This document shows positions 1 through 7,195 of a DNA stretch of 39,515 nt, one piece after another. The first letter of the stretch is position 1; each line of letters starts with the position of its first letter. The notes beneath the pieces were generated by a model. That model had not been told where the DNA came from. It did not search any database and worked only from the letters and a program-made list of their open reading frames with translations. The stretch is from Chitinophagaceae bacterium. GTDB lineage: Bacteria > Bacteroidota > Bacteroidia > Chitinophagales > Chitinophagaceae. The position numbers and the translations under genes were made by a program. Location of the stretch: the NCBI GenBank assembly GCA_947483345.1, contig CANKNL010000001.1, positions 1 through 39,515 of the forward strand. Direction: 5' to 3'.

Positions 1-38
1 CCAAACCAGGCGCGATAACCGGGCTACGCTACGCCCCG
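1..38 (-). tRNA. tRNA-Pro(TGG), 5' half (runs off the window)
   Basis: Reverse complement CGGGGCGTAGCGTAGCCCGGTTATCGCGCCTGGTTTGG gives acceptor 5' strand, D arm and anticodon stem CCTGG followed by TT-TGG. Confidence 0.9.
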
Positions 39-64
39 AACGGTAATATTTTTATAAGAACTTC

Positions 65-115
65 TGCGGAGAGGGTGGGATTCGATCCGCCGCGGCGGAA
101 CAGAATGACCCGTAC
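65..115 (-). repeat. Outer att-like copy: degenerate 3' half of tRNA-Ser
   Basis: tgcggagagggtgggattcga...acagaatgacccgtac matches 39367-39412 except that acccacggt is replaced by the palindrome tccgccgcggcgga. Confidence 0.9.
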
Positions 116-131
116 TCATCCAAAAAAAATC

Positions 132-149
132 TGCGGAGAGGGTGGGATT
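132..149 (-). repeat. Inner att core (18-bp direct repeat of tRNA-Ser 3' end)
   Basis: tgcggagagggtgggatt is identical to 39367-39384. Confidence 0.9.
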
Positions 150-205
150 TGTACCATTCTCCGAAACCGCTTACTATAAAGCATTTCAAAAAACCCACTT
201 AAAAC

Positions 206-229
206 ACTCACCGAATTACGAACCGAATA
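206..229. promoter_or_regulatory. Putative integrase arm-type binding sites, left end
   Basis: actcaccgaatt-acgaaccgaata; the same motif recurs at 39217-39228 (inverted), 39248-39266 and 39301-39310. Confidence 0.65.
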
Positions 230-300
230 AATTGCTGGAAATTGGTGCAATTTGTTGGTACTCACGCTCATTTTCCACATCCCCAATCTCCTAGGGGTTG

Positions 301-331
301 CAAATATATGAGTTTTACGTTTCCTACCCAA
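301..331 (-). promoter_or_regulatory. Outward-facing Bacteroidota sigma70 promoter
   Basis: Minus strand TTG (331-329), 20-nt spacer, TATATTTG (308-301) fits the TTTG-N19-21-TAnnTTTG consensus. Confidence 0.6.
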
Positions 332-527
332 TTAAAAGTGCTTGTACCTCGTCAACTTTAAACCCCGTATAATGGCAAAACTCTTTGACAGTTACAAACT
401 GATGTTCTTCCTTTTTTAGGGCCACCTTGATCTTTTCTAATAGCATACGTCCCCAGCGCTCACTTTTGCCGGTGATGCGCTGCACGTCCTTGGGGTAAAC
501 ACAGAGCCTTGTGGTTTCGGTTTTCAT
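324..527 (-). CDS. Small HTH-like DNA-binding hypothetical protein (possible directionality factor or regulator)
   Basis: 67 aa, CVYPKDVQRITGKSER is an HTH-like motif; lies next to the att end. Confidence 0.7.
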   Translation of the reverse strand: MKTETTRLCVYPKDVQRITGKSERWGRMLLEKIKVALKKEEHQFVTVKEFCHYTGFKVDEVQALLIG

Positions 528-621
528 ACACTATCCATACTTCATCCCAGGAGATGCTATACTGCACCTATGGTTGAAAACGGCATACAAATTTAATAAA
601 TACCTAAAACATACATTCCCA

Positions 622-654
622 GCAATAAATGCTGAATCCGGCAATAAGTGCTGA
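622..654. repeat. Tandem 14-bp direct repeats in a divergent intergenic region
   Basis: gcaataaatgctga (622-635) and gcaataagtgctga (641-654). Confidence 0.6.
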
Positions 655-705
655 TAACGGAAGTGACTTGATGTGTTCAACCGAAATGCTTACCAGATTT
701 GGGGT

Positions 706-1191
706 ATGAAATACATACAAACTCTCTTTTTCATTCTTGTAACATGTCTTACAACTTCAGCGCAGCTGGTTGTTCAGGTGTATGATGGGGATACCTACAA
801 AATCCTCAATCATGGAAAACTCCAGGTAATAAGGTTGGCGAATGTTGATGCTCCCGAGCTGAGCCAGTATTATGGAACCGTAGTAAAAGCCGGTGTATCA
901 AAATTGATACTCGGTAAAACAGTAAAAGTCGATTTCGGAATTAAGGACCGGTATGGAAGGACGATCGCTGGTGTTACTGTTAATGGGATGAGCCTGGACA
1001 GTCTTCTTATTGCTAAAGGCTGGGCCTGGAACTATCAACAATTCTCACAAAGCAATCCTCAGTTATCAGTTAATGAATCTACAGCCAAAAAAGCCAGGAT
1101 CGGTATGTGGCGATGCCTGTTTAATATTCCACCCTGGATATGGCGTAAACTAAATGAAAAGCAAAAACGGCTTCATGAAATGTGCCGATGA
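706..1191 (+). CDS. Thermonuclease (SNase-family) with signal peptide
   Basis: VYDGDT, IRLANVDAPE, DRYGRT, L..KGWAW and AKKARIGMW motifs; ATG at 706 gives a hydrophobic signal peptide. Confidence 0.92.
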   Translation: MKYIQTLFFILVTCLTTSAQLVVQVYDGDTYKILNHGKLQVIRLANVDAPELSQYYGTVVKAGVSKLILGKTVKVDFGIKDRYGRTIAGVTVNGMSLDSLLIAKGWAWNYQQFSQSNPQLSVNESTAKKARIGMWRCLFNIPPWIWRKLNEKQKRLHEMCR

Positions 1192-1225
1192 ACATTTCGA
1201 TTTTGAGATTTAAAAGACCATAAAA

Positions 1226-1984
1226 ATGGCAAAGCAAAAAGGTATAATTAAACTGGAAGGTACTATCGGAGATATTACTTTCTACAAATCAACACAGGAC
1301 GGGCACCTGGCCCGTGAAAAAGGCGGGGTAAGTGCTGATCGTATCGCTAATGATCCAAATTTCCAGCGCACCAGGGAAAATGGGGCTGAGTTCGGCGCAG
1401 CAGGTAAAGCCGGCAAAGTATTGCGCAAATCAATACGCGGATTGCTGCAAAACGCTTCTGACAGCAGGATGGTAAGCCGCTTAACCAAAGAAATGGTAAA
1501 AGTGGTCCAGATGGATGCTACCAATCCCCGTGGCCAGCGTAATGTGATCGATGGCGAAGCAGAATTGCTGGAAGGTTTCGATTTTAACAAGAATGGTAAA
1601 CTGGGTACAACCCTATATGCACCATTTACCGGAACCATTGACCGGGTTGCCGGTACATTGACGGTGGACATACCTGCATTTGTACCGCAGAACCTGATCG
1701 ATGCTCCGGGCGGGACCACTCATTTCAAAATCGTTTCTGCAGGTGCGGAGGTTGATTTTGAGAATGAAAAGTTTGTTGTGGACAAGCAGGAAACTGCTGT
1801 CCTACCATGGGACGTTAATCCAACCGCTGTGATCAACCTGGCCAATGCAGTAACGGCCAACAGCACGCATCCTTTGTTTCTCGCACTTGGTATTTCATTT
1901 TACCAGGAAGTGAACGGACAAATGTATCCGCTGAAAAACGGCGCTTTCAATGCCCTGGCATTGGTGAAAGTATTGGGTCTGTAA
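1226..1984 (+). CDS. Conserved Bacteroidota hypothetical protein (basic N-terminus, beta-rich C-terminus; DUF6266-like start)
   Basis: 252-aa ORF with AT-rich start; GIIKLEGTIGDITFY...RTRENGAEFG motif recognised from Flavobacterium-type elements; function unknown. Confidence 0.8.
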   Translation: MAKQKGIIKLEGTIGDITFYKSTQDGHLAREKGGVSADRIANDPNFQRTRENGAEFGAAGKAGKVLRKSIRGLLQNASDSRMVSRLTKEMVKVVQMDATNPRGQRNVIDGEAELLEGFDFNKNGKLGTTLYAPFTGTIDRVAGTLTVDIPAFVPQNLIDAPGGTTHFKIVSAGAEVDFENEKFVVDKQETAVLPWDVNPTAVINLANAVTANSTHPLFLALGISFYQEVNGQMYPLKNGAFNALALVKVLGL

Positions 1985-2018
1985 TGGTCCCACATTGTTG
2001 GTGAGTAAAACAAAAAAA

Positions 2019-2417
2019 ATGGAACTGGAGCTTATCAGGACATATTTTCCGAATGGAACCAATGGGGAGATCCTTTTCAATGGCGCAAGGATCTGCAGCT
2101 CAATAGAGCTGCCCTGGAAAAACAACGAACATCAGGTTTCGTGTATCCCGGAGGGAAGGTATGAACTGAAAAAAAGATACACCGCGGAACGTGGCGAGCA
2201 TCTTATCCTGGTAAATGTACCGGGCCGCCAATTGATATTGATTCATGCGGCCAATGATGCGAAGAAAGAACTGCAGGGATGTATTGCTCCGGTTTCCATT
2301 TTGATTGCTGAAGGAAAAGGATCCCAATCGAGAATTGCATTGGCTAAAGTAAATGCGATCGCAATTCCGGAATTGGGAAAAAAGAAACAAGTTTTTTTAA
2401 ACATTAAATCTAAATAA
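2019..2417 (+). CDS. DUF5675 family protein (putative peptidoglycan-acting enzyme)
   Basis: IELPWKNN..SCIPEGRY..VNVPGR..ILIH.AN....LQGCI motif with conserved His and Cys; ATG at 2019. Confidence 0.85.
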   Translation: MELELIRTYFPNGTNGEILFNGARICSSIELPWKNNEHQVSCIPEGRYELKKRYTAERGEHLILVNVPGRQLILIHAANDAKKELQGCIAPVSILIAEGKGSQSRIALAKVNAIAIPELGKKKQVFLNIKSK

Positions 2418-2418
2418 G

Positions 2419-2469
2419 ATGAACGATCCCTGGTTAGATCTTTTAAGCTCATGGCTATTAAATGCCTGA
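2419..2469 (+). CDS. 16-aa micro-ORF MNDPWLDLLSSWLLNA
   Basis: Translated by hand; ATG 1 nt after the DUF5675 stop; paralogue at 2544. Confidence 0.55.
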   Translation: MNDPWLDLLSSWLLNA

Positions 2470-2543
2470 GTTAACCCGAACAATCCCGAGTTCCGCTTCG
2501 CTCGTCGGGACCGTGGGTATTTTTAAATCATTAAATCTTAATT

Positions 2544-2594
2544 ATGATGGAACCTTGGTTAGATCAATTAAGCTCATGGCTATTTAACGCCTGA
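2544..2594 (+). CDS. 16-aa micro-ORF MMEPWLDQLSSWLFNA
   Basis: Translated by hand; same length as the 2419 copy with synonymous and conservative changes. Confidence 0.55.
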   Translation: MMEPWLDQLSSWLFNA

Positions 2595-2639
2595 GTTCCC
2601 CAAATAAACCAGTTTTTTAGATCCATAAAACACGCTGAA

Positions 2640-2846
2640 ATGAAATTAGCGCAAAGGGTGAAGTCACCCACTCCAAAGTTTTTTAAGAAAGTAAGGAATA
2701 TAGGGCTTGCCCTGGCTGCAATAAGTGCAACAATTTTAACTGAACCAATGGCATTGCCTGCAGTTGTGGTGAAAATAGCAGGATACCTGGCAGTGGCCGG
2801 CAGTGTTGCCGGTACGGTAAGCCAGACTGCAGTAGAAGGAGATTAA
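2640..2846 (+). CDS. Small two-TM membrane protein, holin-like
   Basis: Basic N-terminus (KSPTPKFFKKVRNIG) then two hydrophobic segments; follows DUF5675. Confidence 0.7.
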   Translation: MKLAQRVKSPTPKFFKKVRNIGLALAAISATILTEPMALPAVVVKIAGYLAVAGSVAGTVSQTAVEGD

Positions 2847-2851
2847 ATGAT

Positions 2852-3037
2852 ATGGACCACCCAATTTTTGATACCAGTACTAAGGCGGGGACCGCAGGAG
2901 GCACTCTATTGACGATACTCGTTAATATCAACAGTGCTGATATTTTAAAAACAGGGATCCTGGCAGCGGTTGGTGCAGCAGTCAGTTTTGGAGTCACCCT
3001 TTTACTTAAATTTCTTATTAAACGAATAAAAAAATAG
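2852..3037 (+). CDS. Small hydrophobic membrane protein, holin-like
   Basis: 61 aa, Gly/Ala-rich hydrophobic helices and a basic C-tail KRIKK; 5 nt after the previous stop. Confidence 0.7.
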   Translation: MDHPIFDTSTKAGTAGGTLLTILVNINSADILKTGILAAVGAAVSFGVTLLLKFLIKRIKK

Positions 3038-3072
3038 TCTCCCGATTCTTGTGGTGAGTAACGGAAGAAAAA

Positions 3073-3099
3073 GAGGCCCCCGAAGTTTTCGGGGGCCTC
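3073..3099. terminator. Intrinsic terminator hairpin between convergent genes
   Basis: gaggcccccgaa-gtt-ttcgggggcctc, perfect 12-bp stem with an A-tract on the left and a short T-tract on the right. Confidence 0.85.
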
Positions 3100-3104
3100 C
3101 CATT

Positions 3105-3530
3105 TTAATAGCCATCAAAATGCCTGAGCAGTAAATGCAGCTGCAAATTTTCGGAAGCTATTATTTGCTGAGCAAGATTTGACTTTAGTTTTTCAATCTT
3201 ATCCAGGGTGTTTACCAGTTCCTGAAATTTTGACCAATCCGGGAAAACAGCTGGCGCCAGCTCCCGAATGATATCCCTGACATCATCCACATTAATAAAT
3301 GGAATTATAGAACCGCGAAGACGGACCTTAAATTTACCCGCCTTGAATAAGCCGTAAACAAGCCAGAAATAAAAATTGAAATACTGCTGATTTTGGCAAA
3401 TGACTGCAAAAGAATTTGGCCAAGGCTTTAAGGAAGGCTTACCGGCATTTTCTCCTTTACACAGAATGTAAAAAACATAAGGCTGTGTCATTATATTGGA
3501 ATGATAACAGCGAATTTGTGGATAGATCAT
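3105..3530 (-). CDS. DUF6943-like hypothetical protein
   Basis: FYIL.KG.N.GKP..PW.NSF...GSIIPFI motif recalled from Bacteroidota element proteins. Confidence 0.65.
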   Translation of the reverse strand: MIYPQIRCYHSNIMTQPYVFYILCKGENAGKPSLKPWPNSFAVICQNQQYFNFYFWLVYGLFKAGKFKVRLRGSIIPFINVDDVRDIIRELAPAVFPDWSKFQELVNTLDKIEKLKSNLAQQIIASENLQLHLLLRHFDGY

Positions 3531-3890
3531 AATAATTAAGCTTTAAGTGATTCCCTCGCCTTCTGAAAATTTTAATCAAAAGAAAAAAGAGAAAAAAAGA
3601 AAGCCAAGTGATCAGCCGCCGTTGGTATAAACCAAAAGGAAACGGAATAAATGAGTGGATTGATGAAGTTGATTAATTGAAGAAGTTTGTGCAGGATATG
3701 CAGATGAGGTTTTATACTATAGCTTTATGCCGTAGTCTTTTGGTTGCCTGGCTTTAGATTTGCCGGGATTTATTCAAAAGCTGAAGTAGGTGGCTAACTT
3801 TGCTTGATTTTTTTTCTTGAGTACTATAACGCCACTTACAAAAACATAAAACACCTGTAAATTAGTATTGATTTTAAAAGCTTAGATTCA

Positions 3891-3922
3891 TTTGCAACGA
3901 GGAATTATAAGATATATATTTG
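3891..3922 (+). promoter_or_regulatory. Consensus Bacteroidota promoter directly upstream of the cassette array (Pc-like)
   Basis: TTTG (3891-3894), 20 nt, TATATTTG (3915-3922); first cassette GTT at 3924. Confidence 0.75.
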
Positions 3923-3974
3923 AGTTGGGCGTCATGCTTAAGGAGAACTTCGGCAACTTTTTAACTAAAAATAC

Positions 3975-4496
3975 ATGCAACCAAAACCTCTAACACGATC
4001 AGTTTATATTGCAATCTTTGTAAAGCTCACTTTCTTATTGATAAGTTGTAACACACAAAGCAGAAGCAATACTGATACTGAAATCAAACCTATCACGAGT
4101 GTGAATGACTTCAAAGTATATCTTACAAGTCATACTTTCTCCTATACAGGCGATATCGGGACGACATCAGATTACTATTCTTATAGCGCTAATAATGGGT
4201 TTACGTTAAGTGTTGAAGATAAAAGATCAGGAGAAAAAAAAGTTTATTCGGGAATTTATGAGACTAAGACAGGTAAATATGCAAATACAGGAGGAGCATT
4301 TTATTATGCTAAACTCAAATTTTCAACAACTGAGTGGACTTCTGATGCAGTTTTCCTCGTTCTATACAATGAAGATCTAATTGAACCACATTATAATAAT
4401 GATAAGCCTATTAGGAATGAAGACGCAAATGGCTTATACTTATTTGACTATGATATAAGCTTGTCCAAAAACTATAACATTTATAAAGCAATGTAA
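3975..4496 (+). CDS. Hypothetical lipoprotein (cassette 1)
   Basis: Lipobox LLISC, AT-rich 173-aa ORF. Confidence 0.75.
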   Translation: MQPKPLTRSVYIAIFVKLTFLLISCNTQSRSNTDTEIKPITSVNDFKVYLTSHTFSYTGDIGTTSDYYSYSANNGFTLSVEDKRSGEKKVYSGIYETKTGKYANTGGAFYYAKLKFSTTEWTSDAVFLVLYNEDLIEPHYNNDKPIRNEDANGLYLFDYDISLSKNYNIYKAM

Positions 4497-4497
4497 A

Positions 4498-4737
4498 ATG
4501 GCAACATATTTTTTATACCAAAATTGGAGAGCCAAGAAAAAATCATCTCCAGTGCTACATAATGCAACTTGCAAAAATTGTAACTACGGAAGTGGCAAAC
4601 TTTCAAAATCCAATCCTGGAAAAAATGGGGTATGGATTGGCCCATTTACTAGCGTTTCATTGTCAAAAGATTATGTCACTAAGATCATCAATGGCAATAT
4701 TAAGTATTGTTCATTTTGTATCTTGGCTACTCAATAG
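4498..4737 (+). CDS. Small Cys/His-rich putative Zn-binding protein (cassette 1)
   Basis: HxxxCxxC...NGVWIGPF...CxxC; starts 1 nt after the previous stop. Confidence 0.7.
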   Translation: MATYFLYQNWRAKKKSSPVLHNATCKNCNYGSGKLSKSNPGKNGVWIGPFTSVSLSKDYVTKIINGNIKYCSFCILATQ

Positions 4738-4742
4738 CACGA

Positions 4743-4830
4743 ACGCCCAACATGAACTGTGTAAAAGCGGGCATGACAAACTTCCTTCGACATTTTATCG
4801 CTACTAATCATCGGCTATGGGCTTGCATTA
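4743..4830 (+). repeat. attC-like site 1 (left arm only; right arm not found)
   Basis: acgcccaac-atgaactgt...aaaagcgggcatgacaaac...atgggcttg is homologous to 5567-5646. Confidence 0.65.
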
Positions 4831-4944
4831 ATATGCTTACAACCATTTGTAAACGCTTCCTGTTGCATATGGGAAGAAAGCTGCGTATATTTAAGAGTTG
4901 GCTGCCATTATTGGAGATCATTCAAATTGACAATTATTAAAACT

Positions 4945-5565
4945 ATGAGAGTATTATTTTCAGTATTTGCCGAGAAGACTAATGGTAATATCGAAGCATC
5001 TATTGACGGAGATTTTTCTTTGAATTTAATGTCGATTGCGCTAAAAGATATTTGTTTATACTTAATAAAATACCAAGACAGCCTTAATAAGGCTTATAGT
5101 AATATCGGTGCACTAAAAATCAGTTCCACATTTGATGATGCTAATTTTTACAAACCAGAGAAAGAAATGAGTGAAGTTAAAATTCATTTAAAAAATATAG
5201 CATATGAAGAGTTTCAAAACGATTTAAAAACTCTGAAACAGACATTATTAAATTTCCCATATATCCTTTACGATGAAGTCATATTTCCTACAGAATGGAC
5301 AATAAAATATTGTGGCACTATCTTAAATAAGTTAAATCCTGCAACTCTTAAAGAAATATTACAACTTGAAAAAGATAACATTGAGTATCTCTATAAACGT
5401 ATTTTACCAAAAATTGAAATGACATCGGAAGTAAAGATAGATAGTAAAGGGTTCAGGCTTGAAGAAATTAAAGTGTTGCTTGACAAATTTTATTCAGGAT
5501 TTCCAGCTCAATTAAAAAATATAGTTCAAATCGATTTTTTGAGTTTAACGTGCAAATCATCATAA
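4945..5565 (+). CDS. Hypothetical protein (cassette 2)
   Basis: AT-rich ORF of about 206 aa (ATG 4945) bounded by gttggctgccatta and taacggcagccaac. Confidence 0.7.
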   Translation: MRVLFSVFAEKTNGNIEASIDGDFSLNLMSIALKDICLYLIKYQDSLNKAYSNIGALKISSTFDDANFYKPEKEMSEVKIHLKNIAYEEFQNDLKTLKQTLLNFPYILYDEVIFPTEWTIKYCGTILNKLNPATLKEILQLEKDNIEYLYKRILPKIEMTSEVKIDSKGFRLEEIKVLLDKFYSGFPAQLKNIVQIDFLSLTCKSS

Positions 5566-5566
5566 C

Positions 5567-5760
5567 GGCAGCCAACAAGGCAAAAGCGGGGCATGAAAAA
5601 CTTTTTTCAACATATAGCCCGTTACCAATCTTTGGTCATGGGCGTGACCGTTCAGTAATTGGCTTTAGTTTTAAATAAATATTTCGTTCCTTTATGTGCA
5701 TCGTCATGGGGGACACAGCATCAAATACCCCGCCTTCGCAAGTACCCAGACGTTAGCGGC
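5567..5760 (+). repeat. attC-like site 2 (~190 bp imperfect inverted repeat)
   Basis: gcagccaac...gttagcggc outer pair; gcaaaagcgggg...ccccgccttcgc inner pair. Confidence 0.75.
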
Positions 5761-5834
5761 GACTCGTCGGTGACAGTTCATACTACGACCGACAGAATTA
5801 AAATTTAACTTTGACTAATTAAAATAAACATGCA

Positions 5835-6560
5835 ATGGCAGAATTTTTAGACACACAAGGAGTTTCATATTACTTAAAGAAACTGATAAACAACTCAAAC
5901 GACAAGTTGTATTTAATTAGCCCGTATTTGCAGTTAAACAATCAACTCAAATTATCGTTAGAAGACAGACACAAATTCTCTATTGACATTATTATAATTT
6001 ATGGAAAAGTTAGTGACATAAATCCCGACGACAGTGCTTGGCTGCAATCAATGCCTGGAATTAAGTTATTATTTCACAAAGACCTCCATGCAAAGTGTTA
6101 TTTTAACGAGAATGAAGCAATCATAACTTCGATGAATTTGTATATGTTTTCTCAACAGAACAATGTTGAAATGGGTATTTACATTTCAAAGGAGAAAGAC
6201 GAAGAACTATATAAGCAAGTTGCAACAGAAGTTGACAGAATAAAAAGAGGAAGCGAACACAGAACCATTTCTGTTCAAAAGGTTGAAATACAGAAAGAGC
6301 AACCAATAGCAAAAAAAGATGAGCCTGCAAAAGTAAATATATCCAATGTAAAGTATTTTTCAGCAACAGCAATGTCAAAAGAGCTTGGAATTGCTCCCAA
6401 AGATCTCAATGCTAAATTTGAAAAATTAAATTGGATTGAAAAGAAAAATGAAGAGACGGTTTTAACAGACTTAGGTAAAAGCAAAGGTGCTCAAATGAAA
6501 AAGGGACAATACGGAGATTATATTGCTTGGCCTGAAACAATTATCAAGGAAATAAAATAG
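5835..6560 (+). CDS. Phospholipase D-family (HKD-like) domain protein with C-terminal HTH-like domain (cassette 3)
   Basis: LISPY...DLHAKCYFNENEAIITSMNL...NVEMG; C-terminal SATAMSKELGI..KDLN. Confidence 0.85.
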   Translation: MAEFLDTQGVSYYLKKLINNSNDKLYLISPYLQLNNQLKLSLEDRHKFSIDIIIIYGKVSDINPDDSAWLQSMPGIKLLFHKDLHAKCYFNENEAIITSMNLYMFSQQNNVEMGIYISKEKDEELYKQVATEVDRIKRGSEHRTISVQKVEIQKEQPIAKKDEPAKVNISNVKYFSATAMSKELGIAPKDLNAKFEKLNWIEKKNEETVLTDLGKSKGAQMKKGQYGDYIAWPETIIKEIK

Positions 6561-6644
6561 CTGAAATCACACGGGCTGCCGCAAACATGAACTGTTCAAA
6601 AAAATAACTTTAATTAACATCATTTTCCCATTTTTCAACTGTTA

Positions 6645-7195
6645 AGTGTCGTAGCAAAGGCGTTCGCGACGAAATAAAGTATTCGGAACACGAAAACCAA
6701 TTACCGGAGCGATAGCGAGCCGGTTAACGACGGCCGCCGGAGAGTATGAGGAACGAATGAACGGAGGCGGACGGCGAGCCCCCACAAAGGGGCTGGACAG
6801 GCAGCCCCGGTCGCCCGGGGCAATGGGCAGCACCATAGGAGGCCACCGGAGTATATTTCCCGCAGGGTACGTAGGTGGCCGAACTATGCAAGTGAACCTT
6901 AGCAGCCGTATGCGAATGGACGGAGGGAATGAGCCGTATGGATGCAAGGTGAACGCAGCCTAAGTGGGGCGGCCGGCGAGCACATAAAAATTGGCAGCGG
7001 GTGGCCTGAACCTGACTGAAGTGAATGGATGACGAGAGTAGCGGATGGAGCGCAGCGGAATCAAGCGTAGCGAGGAAGAAATGAACGAAGTGAGGTGAAG
7101 GACACAAGAGCTGCCGTGAGGAATGAGGAGGAACTGCAAGTAGTATGACAAACCTGCGATAGCAGCCCTTGGGCATTGCAGCTGCTGGCATACTT
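6645..7195. other. GC-rich, purine-skewed, hairpin-rich non-coding block (candidate single-strand origin or structured RNA)
   Basis: Stems at 6777-6794, 6804-6821 and 6841-6880; repeated GAGCG..GCGA motifs; no credible ORF. Confidence 0.5.

Larger units (their letters stand above)
3924..6586 (+). mobile_element. Integron-like array of three gene cassettes without an integron integrase
   Basis: Each unit begins GTT... and ends with its own reverse complement ...AAC just after the stop codon; homologous long spacers lie between units. Confidence 0.75.

Noticed and set aside
116-331. 71-aa minus-strand ORF
   Set aside because: Runs across the att core and arm sites; no protein-like features
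4562-4940. ORFs 4562-4807 and 4707-4940
   Set aside because: They overlap the better-supported Cys-rich ORF and read through the attC-like spacer
6642-7191. Four overlapping ORFs (63-155 aa) in the GC-rich block
   Set aside because: Low-complexity Pro/Arg/Ser translations on both strands with no motif; expected from stop-poor GC-rich DNA
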